Both the position numbers and the translations under genes were made by a program. DNA of 64,000 nt, counting the filler, from Sphacelaria rigidula (lineage: Eukaryota), in the NCBI GenBank assembly GCA_964200075.2. It is 3 parts of 3 records of this genome, joined end to end, with 100 filler letters (N's around TTAATTAATTAA, not from the genome) between each part and the next. Parts side by side here need not be neighbours in the genome. Positions count along the whole stretch, not along the records: positions 43,403 to 64,000 come from CAXNAA020000511.1; 2 more parts are not named here. One strand, written 5' to 3'. This document shows positions 54,601 to 64,000 of the stretch, one piece after another; within the stretch, counting starts at the first letter, position 1; every line of letters starts with the position of its first letter. Under the pieces are notes generated by a model, which did no database searches, was not told the DNA's origin, and was given only the letters and a program-made list of their open reading frames with translations.

Positions 54601-57600
54601 CCTAGCCTGCAAACGGTCGATCCTACCCGAGATTCCGCCGCCAACTGCCTACCTCCCCTTCCGCTCCCGTCGGCTGTCGTAAACCGGATCATCGCCCTTC
54701 TCTTCCCTCACCGCCCCGGCCGAAACAACCAAGAGAATGGACAGCTTCGTTCTGCAATATCACATCCGTCAATTTGGCACGAGAAAATTGGCGCGGCGGA
54801 ACCTCCGTCACCTGTGTCAAAGCGTTACCAAGCTCGGTTTGCAGCACCCCAGAATAGAGGTGAGTTAGCCCCGGCACTACGCATGACTTGCGAGGCGTGA
54901 TTTTCCCGGTTGTCTCCTACCTTCCGTGCTTGATTACCGACCTTCTCTAAAAAAAGCGAGAAAAACTCTGCTGGCGCACTCTCGGAAATATATCCCTATT
55001 TTATCGGAATATAAGTAGCGAGATCCTCCTCGCCAAGGATACGCGACGTTCCCGGGCATGGGTGCGCGGCGACGTGGTTGCCAACAGCGTAGCCCGCGGC
55101 TTGAAGTGACTCGCCCGTTGTGCTATCCGATAACGTTGGCGTCGGGAGAGACTCGTCGGCGAGCTACAAGCGTCATGCTCTATCACCTACGACAGCTTGT
55201 CGTGTGCGGGGAGCAACACAAGCACTATATGATGATACCGTGGGGCACTAGTTGCATCGTGTGGTTTCTCGGCTTTAGATCTGATGAGAAATATGTTGCA
55301 TGGCGATTCCGTGGGGTCGCGTACGAGAGAAGTTGGGGTTCCGGGCTTAGGTCAGAGTGACTCTCATTTGGAGAGTTTTACGTAGGTGTATGTACGATGT
55401 CATTGACAAGTCATGCTACGACACGGGGGGGGGAGGGGGGGTCGATATCACGAATAAAAGGGCTCATAGGAATGTCAGACGGATTAACATATTCGCGGTG
55501 CGCTGGCATTTGGGTGAAAACGGGGTCATGCAGCATGGATGAGCGTCTTTTATCGGTAAGAAGCACGTTCGGACAATCGTTACTACTTTCAACGACGATT
55601 TGAAGTGGAATTGTGTTGAAGAAATGGCCCAAATCCCCCGGTCGTCGAGCATGGCTCTGACGGTACACAAAGCCCACCCACATTCCGATCCAGGAACATC
55701 GCACCAGAAACGGAATGAAGAAGGTCTGCAGTTCACCTAAGGACAGGCAAAGTGTATAATGTATACCAACAATACATAATCTCTATTTCATTCTTCTAAA
55801 TGGCGAGGAGCAAGACTACATCAGCACAATTTTGTAGCTCACGTCTCGCCGTGATTTTCTCAAATGCTGAACGCTATGAAATTATTGAACGCCCATTCGT
55901 ACCACTCCGACAAAACACCGCACGTCTTCTGATCGTCCACCACCGTTTTGAAAGATCTTCGCAGATCTGGTGGGAGTGCCCGTGGCGATTGAGACGAAGC
56001 CGTATCGCGAGAGGCTGCGAGAGTTTCGGCCGTTCGTGTGCTCCGACTTTGTGCTGCCCCTTCTCTACAGGCTTTGCCCTAAGGGGGAGAAGCTGGACAG
56101 GTCAATCGTTTCCTTTTTGCGTATTCCTCTGGTTATCTGACGTACACCACCAAAATATTGCTAATATCTGCGTACGACAGTTGAGTTTTCTATGAAGTCA
56201 GAAGACGAATCTCCAATATGTTCAGGGCAACTATACTTGTACCTCGAATATTTTCAGGGAACTCGATTTTACAACTGCGGGCGGTTCGCTCGTGACAATG
56301 ACGTGGGGTTTTGCACAGCGGGGTGTTTGGGCCGGCGTCTTTGGCTCAAATTTGGTGAATCGTGACGTGTCCGCATTTTACCTTGGGTTAAGAGGAAACG
56401 ACAAACAGCCGAACACCATCCTTCCCCACCGTTGCAAGACTCTACATGTATGTACTGGAATGGTACTCGGGCATTCTACAGCATAGTATAGTACTTTGTA
56501 TGATAATGATGGACTATACGTGGCGTGGCGATACATGCGTTACCAATGCTACCCCAACCCCCAAGCCACAGCTTCATCCCGGACAGGAGTGATGGCCAAC
56601 CGATTTCTAGACACCGCGGACCAGGCAATGATCTATGATACGTGCTACATATACGCTCGATGATATACATACGCGATGAACCGACAAGATGCTTCGATAA
56701 GTTTTGTTCGGTTAGCCGTCTGATCGCGAAGCCGGTCCTTGCGAGCCCATTTGTGACAATGCGCCGTTTGAGTCCACTTACGTCAATGCATCGTCATATT
56801 GTGCACTGACTTTTTTATTTACGCTTGCTCCTACAACCTCTCCTCCTACAATAAACATCACGAACTCGTCGTGGTCGTAGAAAGACACGTGTGTTAAGGG
56901 AGCGCGGGGGCGGGGGCGGGAGCAGGGGGGGTGTCTCATGATCATTTATGCCATAGTCATAAGACCATTGACCGGGGGTGGGAGGGGCGGGGGAGGAGAG
57001 GGCATTACGATACGATGTTTGAAAAAGTACCAGAAGTTGTCGTTACACGGAACTTCAACGTGACTTCAAAAACAGCCTGCGCCTGAGCGACTTTACCCCG
57101 ACTGAAACTTAGGGGCTGGGCTATTACCTGGAGCTAGACCTTGGTATTCTTTCAAAGGGTCTGCGTGGGGGGTGGGGAGGGTTGCATCGAAATCGCCACC
57201 TCCCCCTGAGGTGTGCTTCGACCGGTCAACTTGTAATCTTAGTTTTGAATCGGAAGCATCCGTATCATTACAGTGCAGCTACGGCACACGGGGGCATAGG
57301 CTTCGTCATTTGACCATGGATGTGTGTCAAGTCTAGACCATCGACCCGTGCGCCAGGAGTTGTTAATATACGGGTAAAACACTGAGTAAAGACATATGTG
57401 GATGTGCATGTTGAGAACATATGCTTTGCATACTCTTGCCCCCCATCCCCCCTGCTCTGTCTCGAAAGGGATGCGTGGTCGATGGTATAAAGACTAAGGC
57501 AAGCAACAAATGAGTATGCCTGCCCCCTACCCCCCCCCGCTCCCTCTTGAAAGGGGGGCGTGGTCAATGGTCAAACGACTAAGGCAAGTGACAAATGAGG

Positions 57601-58070
57601 ACGCCCCCCGCCCCGCCCCGCCCCCGCCCTCCTCGGGACGACTCCGTGGTCTCGAGAGACCGAGGCATCTCTTTTCCGGTACCTGACCGACAAATTGCTG
57701 CCGAGCACTTGACCAACACTCCTACAGCCCATCGATCTCTTCGCGGTATTATACTTGTCAATTTTCGTCGAAACATGTTTACTTACTCACGCCGTCACAC
57801 CTTCGGCAGACGGAAACCAATATCATAAGAATCATTGCGGTCGGAATTTCAGCTCAAGAAAGCCGCCCGGAACTGCCCGTTATTATATTATACTACATGC
57901 ATGTCAGAAGGTGACTGATTGGGGGTCATTTTGTCTTCATAAACACCAGTGTTTCCGTCATCTTGCGCTTCTTTACCTTCGCTAGTAAATCCAAAGCTAT
58001 CATGGGGCTGTGCTTTTAGGTTGCGTTTTTTTTTTTTTATCGCACTACTGCTCGATCTTTACCCATGCAG

Positions 58071-59807
58071 CTCTCAAAGGACGCCGCAAAAGTACAGCAA
58101 CTCGTTCTTGTGAACGGTGTTATCAGGTGGATGGGCAACGGCAAGGCTCCGGTGGCGGTTACTTCTAGCGAGTTTCTACAGGCAATCAGAGAGGTATGTG
58201 CCTGTACTGACTCACCCTGATCGATGGTAACGTGCGATCTCTGACTACTGGTGTAAACAAAACATACTGGTCCACCGTAGATCCTATAAAAGATCAGGTC
58301 CCACGAGATTTTTCAGATCGGGAGGTTCCTGCGGATTTCTTGGGCCTGAGCCACCGAGTGCTCAGCTAACGTATGTACCCGCCCAACACTAGCGGAAGTC
58401 CTTGCTTCTGAGAACAATGAAGAGCGTTTATCGGTCAATCCGTTGAGATTCGGGGGGTGGGAAGCATTTGCCGCTCATCAAAATACATGGGTCCTCCCGT
58501 TGATTCCAGTTTGTCCACTGTCACGATTCGACGAGTTTCTTGTACCTTCGTCAGATGCCGTCCGATGGCACCCGCGGGCAGGGCAGTTTGTCTCCGCGTA
58601 CAGAAGCTTCACAGAGTATTCGGGGTGTATTGACTGAATCGTCCGTCTTTCAGATCAAGACAAATATACAGCGAGGGAAGGGAAAAACACGTGCAATCCT
58701 ACCTTAATCGCACACATCGATCTCTGATGGGTTTGTGGGAAATGAGTGCAGCATGACGCGTACGCTGAATCACAGAGTTTTACGACTCGTTTGTGACTCG
58801 TGCTACAGTAGGGGTGCACAAATGTTGTCTGAGGCTCGAATGGTTAGTAGCTCTCTATCTCGTCGAAAATACGACTTACGGATTAGTATTACAGCGGGCT
58901 GGGGATATCCCGAATGAATTTCAAAACGAGAATGCTCTGACCCATATTCTTGTGTAGCTCCCAATTTTAGGAGCCCTCTGAATGAGGAAGGTCTGGGCCC
59001 AAATGCGCAACCCCTACCGTAACATGACTCTTGTCCGCGTTCTGTTGCTGGTTCTGAAACGGGTTACTTCTAACTGGAATTTTCCCATTATTAGGTGTGT
59101 CCCCATGTGCCGCTGGAGTGCCCGGCGATGATGGGCTTGACTATTCAGGTTAGCAAGTACAAAAACACATTGTCGACGATTAAGACAGTGGCGAAGCTTA
59201 GCGTGCCACTGAATCCGTTTATACATATCAAAGAAAGAGGAGAATACCATTCGGTTGTCGTCGGCGACGTCAAAATGTAGAACCATGTATCAAATGACTG
59301 TACCAAGGTGGACAAAGTGAAGAGCACACTGCTACAACGAACACCGATGGTCGGGCACAGATACATTGAGCATCTTCGCGAATAATCAGTTTTTTCGGCC
59401 GTGCAACGCAACCAAGATTTGTCGCACTTTTCAACCCTCCCTTCATGGTGATGAGTCCGTGGTCTCAAGGGATCAACCCATCTCTCTCCCAGAGTACGGG
59501 AACTTATCGTGATCCGAGTACGCCACGGGTACGTTCCTACGACACATTCAACAAAAACAGAAAATAATATGATATACCCCAAAGACCTGCAGTTTGCGCC
59601 CTCACCACGCTACTCCCCATAATACGTACGTAAGTAAAACCGCTTCCATAGTACTCGTGCGCGTTCTTGCTAACAATAATAAAAACAAAGTTTGGGAGGC
59701 TGTCGGAGCATCTGGAACAGCGATATCGGCGAGATGACACGCAGCGGCCACCACCAGGACGGCGGGGATGGATCGACCTTGACGAAGGACTGCTCACGGC
59801 CCTGCCC
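58071..59807 (+). CDS. Two candidate phase-0 exons (58071-58193 LSKDAAKVQQLVLVNG..FLQAIRE; 59691-59807 FGRLSEHLEQRY..LLTALP) of an unknown protein
   Basis: AG/GT boundaries, lengths 123 and 117 nt, stop-free. The first has a polypyrimidine tract and the second a CTAAC branch-like site. No recognisable domain. Confidence 0.45.
58795..59030. mobile_element. MITE family A (TSD TTGT), diverged
   Basis: TIR remnants and internal homology; TTGT duplicated. Confidence 0.75.
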
Positions 59808-60713
59808 GTACGTTCGCTTCCTTTAGATTGTACAGTGCGGGCGGACTGCACGCGTAGGGGACACAGAATGTTTTTTTCGTGATTCACTTGTTTTTCCCGC
59901 GTCCACTATACCACTTCCTCACGTAATTGGTAGCTCGGGCACAGGGAGGAGAGAGGGTCCAATACTTCGTGAACATATCAGGAATGAAGCACCCCCCTAC
60001 TTTCTACACTATGTACTCTTGCTTCCTTTCGCTTCTCTTAAAGGCTCATGATGTGACTTCCTCCTCCTGTGGTTCGGTGAGATGTGTCCTTATTCAATAA
60101 TGAAGCTGCTATGCCGTAGTTCCTTCGAAACAGTTGCCAAAGGCATTTTTTCTTGAGTAAATGTGGCCAACCTCCAAATGTATTTCACGAAGGCGCAAAA
60201 CGTTACGCGGGCTGCAAAAAATGATAGGGGCCAAGGCAAAGTATCGTGTGGAAGTTTTACAGTGAGCGGACCGTTCAAATTGTGAGAAAACCTGCACTCC
60301 ATTTGGCGTGACTGTGGCTGCTTGCTGTGTACCATATTCGAAAGAGTGAATGGTAGCTAGGCCAACAATACCAGCCTTCTCGCAAAAATGTTTGACAAAG
60401 ACGAGAAGTTTTACACACTGCTACATTTCATCAGCCGTTTATCCCCTGTGTACGGTGCATGACTCAGAGCTTCTACACGGTGACTTGCTGAGCATCATAC
60501 CGTAGCAGCGTGTGTCATGCGGTCCTAGGCTTCACTGGATTAATCGCCGACCTCACGGAACAGCGAGAATCACAGCGGCTTTAGGCTTGGCTGAACAAAC
60601 ACATGTAAGTAGGAGCGGTGAGCAAGAGTAAGCTGCGGTCGTTCTCACCTGCTACCTTCTTGCCTCTTCTCGATTCTCGGACGATAACCTGCGCTCTCGA
60701 CGGTACGGGGGTG

Positions 60714-62046
60714 ATGCTTGTACTGGTGCTCGTCGTGGTGGCAATGCCCATGGTGCCGATGGTTCCACTACTACCACTGCTGCTCGACACCTGTCGTTTA
60801 TACCACCTTGAAACGGGAACGTCGAACCACCTGCGCTGCGTACGGCAGTTGTGGTCATGCGAAGAGGAATACCTCATCATGCACGTCACCCTGCACTCGA
60901 TTGGCGTGCTCACGAGGTGGTTGAGAAGGTGAGCGCAAGGTGTTTTTCGAGCACGTGTGACTAGTGTATCTGAATCGGTACCACGAGACCAGCACGGGCG
61001 CTGTCGTTGATGAAACGTGCAGCCGCTTTGTGTTGCGCCGCCTCCCACTCCCCCCGCAGCTCTGTCACGTGAATCGTTATTTGTCGGCCAGACTATGCTA
61101 CAATGTAAGGTCAGGCATTTAGACGTACTATTTACATAAAACACTGCAGACGTTCCTGGATTACCTTTTTTACTGCCTGTTCTCGCCACCTCTGTCCACC
61201 ACCATCTAGGATCTGTGTATGCTAAGATTGAGGATTACAACATCCAGACATACTCTGGTAGGACGAGCATCATTTTGACACCCTTCTCTTCTCGCCCTCT
61301 TCTCGCCCTCCCCCATCGCTGTTTCCTCCTCCTCCTCGACCATTTCATTGCCCCAGTAGTGACAAATGTTCCACGCCCTGCGCTCGACCTCTTCTGTATT
61401 CTATACGAACAGGTCACGCCCTGCAGCAGCAGCACGAGCCAGCGAGACGGCAGCGGCGGCAGCCGCAGCGGCAGCCGCGGTAGATATAGAAGGGGGGGAT
61501 CAGAGCGCCAGCAACAAGGTTTCCCCACAGCAACGGCAGCTTCGACCAAGTGGTTCGAAAGCAAAAAAGCGCAGCAATGGCAGCGGTGGTAGCAGTGGTG
61601 GTGGTAACACCGCCGGCAATCAAATATCAGCCGATGGAGGTAGGGGGGAACGCAACGCTCGCAACACGCCTTCTTCCCAAAAACAGACGAATCGACCGAC
61701 TACTTCGAGGATGAAAAAACGCAGCGGTGGCGGTGGCGGTAACAAGGGCGGAAATCGAACGGCCGTAAAAGCGGAAGCCGGCTCTCGTTCGAGTGCTGGA
61801 GATAGTGGCCCTGGAGATGGCGGAGTCAATGAGAACTTGCTGCAATCGAAGTCGTCGCCTACCGTGGTAGCCGCTGCTACTGCTGCTGCTTCTGCTGCTA
61901 CTGTCCCAGAAGAAAGGCTACCATCCTCAGATGATGCACGCGGAATAGAGGGGGGAGGTGGTAAGACACGGCCGCCAACATCGCCTCGGCCAAAACATCG
62001 GCTTGAAGAGGCGAAAGAGCTTGACCGAACGCTGTCGACCGCGTGA
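60714..62046 (+). CDS. Candidate exons of a low-complexity Ala/Gly/Ser-rich protein (exon ending 60928; exon 61413-~62046)
   Basis: Donor AG|GTGAGC at 60928 is phase-compatible with acceptor CAG at 61412, followed by a ~210-codon open GC-rich frame. Start and identity are uncertain. Confidence 0.45.
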
Positions 62047-62059
62047 TCGTGATCTTCGA

Positions 62060-62150
62060 GGGGGGGGAGGGTGTACTCATGATCATGCATGCCGTAGTCA
62101 TAAGACCATTGACCTCGCATCCCTACAATCGAGGGGGGGGGGGGGGGGGA
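62060..62150. repeat. Short dispersed ~65-bp repeat flanked by G/C runs; copies at ~1-55, 585-665, 3733-3800, 4055-4120, 14845-14905, 56925-56975, 57470-57540, 57555-57630
   Basis: Core GGGTGTACTCATGATC.TGCATGCCGTAGTCATA.GACCATTGACCTCGCATCCCT recognisable on both strands. Confidence 0.7.
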
Positions 62151-63644
62151 CGCGTCCCGCGACGGGGGCTGTCCAGTCTTGAGGATGCAACGCGTGAACG
62201 ACTTTTGCTGCGTCTGCACTCATCTTGAACGTTTTGTTTTCCCTGAAAGATAGCATGGCCGCGTCTTACCCCTACTCGGCTCACCGTGCTTTTCTGTGTC
62301 CTGATGAATTATTTCATGTTGTGACTGATTGTCTAGCGTTGTTTTAGTTGAGGTCCTTGGACCTCTTTGCGAAGGTTTGCTCGCCAAGTACCCTCCGACG
62401 GCCTCTCTAATTACCATAAGAACCACCCAAGCATGTTCCGTGAATGATTCAGAGATGGTGTTTCCTGGTGCTTGGCCTGAGGAAGTCTTGGGAGACTGTT
62501 TTTTTTCACTTCATGTCCCGGTCAGAGCACTTTTCTTTGCAAAATAGTAGTACAGTAGCCAAAACGCAATTTCTGCGTGAAAGCTGTGTATTTTCTGGAC
62601 GCTGGTGTTGATTATGCGCGATCCCGCCCTTTTTCCGCAATATGTTGCACTGTGCGTCACAGACCAAGCATAAGATAAGTGTGTCGCTCCACCGGAACGT
62701 TTTAGGCGAAGTTCGTGCTATCGCATATTGATGGTTGTGTCGTGTTGTGCGAAACAGAAGTTGTGCTGAGTTGTTGTAGAAATCACCATATAATAATATA
62801 ATTTTAATCTAATGTGTTTTGTTGTTTGGGAGTTGTTGGGGTGGATTATATATTTTTTGGAAAAAGTGTTGTTGGGGGTGGACTGTCCATTTTTTTGGAA
62901 AAAGAGAACACAATATTATTGATCTGGATTCAGTGTTGAATATACAGGGCAAACATGTGTTTCTGAAACATGCTTAGCTACGAGTAGAGTTCTCGAGAAC
63001 GTTACGATAAAATTACATTTATTTGCCTGTAATTAGATGTGAGGTCTAGAATGGAGTGTGGGAGAGCCCGCTAACGGTAGACTTGAAGCTTTGGCCGTAT
63101 GTCTATGGTTGACAACATGACTACTTGATTTTAGACTTGATAAAGTTCTGAGAAAACTTAGGGTTTGGGGCATGTGAGCATTGGACCTAGCTCGTCCAGA
63201 ATGTTTTTGTCGAAATCGGCGCCTGCCGCGTCGATTACAGGTCTACCAACGCACACCTTGCCTAGAGGAACCTAAGCACCCCCCTTGTCCGAGGGTCTCG
63301 TACGCCTTGGGTCGGGCTTAGGGTCAGCATTAGCTTTATTGTTAGTTTGTTCGAAAAAATCAACCATAGGTTTACGACTACGAAGAGTTTAGGTCGCCTC
63401 CCCGCCAAATATACGTGCGAACTCCCGTCGTGTTTGTTCCATCTCTACACCTAGTGCTTGTAACTAAGTCGAGATGATACAGATGGCGAAAATACACAGA
63501 GTGTGCTAGCACACAATTATTAGGCGCTGCGACATCTCCCTGCGGTGCAATGTGACAGAAGCCCATGGGGTCTACTAGACAAGTATGTACCACAACAATA
63601 ATAGGAGTGTACATGTTATCATACAGCGAACATATATCACTATA

Positions 63645-63901
63645 GAGCAATGTTACGGTAGGGGTGCACTTTTTTCACGAAATTATGTTTAGTTCAGGGG
63701 CTCCTAACGATTCTAGATGAACGAAAATATGGATCAGGACATCCCCGTTCGCAAATTTATTCGGGATATCTCCAGCACATTGGAAAAGTGATCCTGGCGT
63801 ACTTTCACATATTTTCATAGGTCGTGTTTTGAATGAGATAAAGGGCTCCTAACTATTCTAACCTCAGAAAATATTTCTGCACCCCTACCGTGGCATCACT
63901 C
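63645..63901. mobile_element. MITE family A (TSD TATA)
   Basis: GAGCAATGTTACGGTAGGGGTGCA ... TGCACCCCTACCGTGGCATCACTC with TATA duplicated. Confidence 0.85.
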
Positions 63902-64000
63902 TATATTCGTGAGATTCAGAGTGTAACATCGGATTCAGAGTGAGACCCGAAACAATTGACTTTCCCGTCGATTTTGACATCGCCACAGTTCGAGGAGTAA

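Noticed and set aside
54555-54860. Candidate plus-strand exon ending AG|GTGAGT
   Set aside because: The frame and the link to neighbouring exons could not be established.
62200-62720. Possible piggyBac-like transposase remnant
   Set aside because: Only vague similarity; catalytic and Cys-rich motifs are not recoverable.

Overview
This is intron-rich, repeat-rich eukaryotic nuclear DNA. The GT-AG exons, large introns and repeat types suggest a brown alga or other stramenopile, which is an inference. Reading exons by hand across introns gives four gene models. (1) A ferric-reductase/NOX-superfamily flavocytochrome gene on the minus strand (6 exons, 9064->63, running off the left edge). (2) A second paralogous N-terminal module of the same family (exons 32217-31790 and 22250-22065), with no downstream exons visible before an assembly gap. 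It is splice-phase compatible with exon 4 of gene 1. (3) The 3' half of a DEAD-box helicase (RH47/ISE1-like motifs) with a GC-AG intron and a very long acidic tail ending in WG repeats. (4) A plus-strand gene with an EF-hand-like conserved domain that appears disrupted by an in-frame TAG and a possible frameshift, plus a few further candidate plus-strand exons. The rest is a dense set of mobile elements: a degenerate LINE (APE+RT), tRNA-derived SINEs, and several MITE families with distinct TIR/TSD signatures (GAG termini with 4-bp TSD; CAGT with TA; an abutting GGCC/TWA quartet; CAC with 2-bp TSD; a telomere-repeat-bearing family; foldback palindromes). There is also a ~63-bp minisatellite, several microsatellites and two artificial assembly gaps. 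No database searches were run; all calls come from manual reading.
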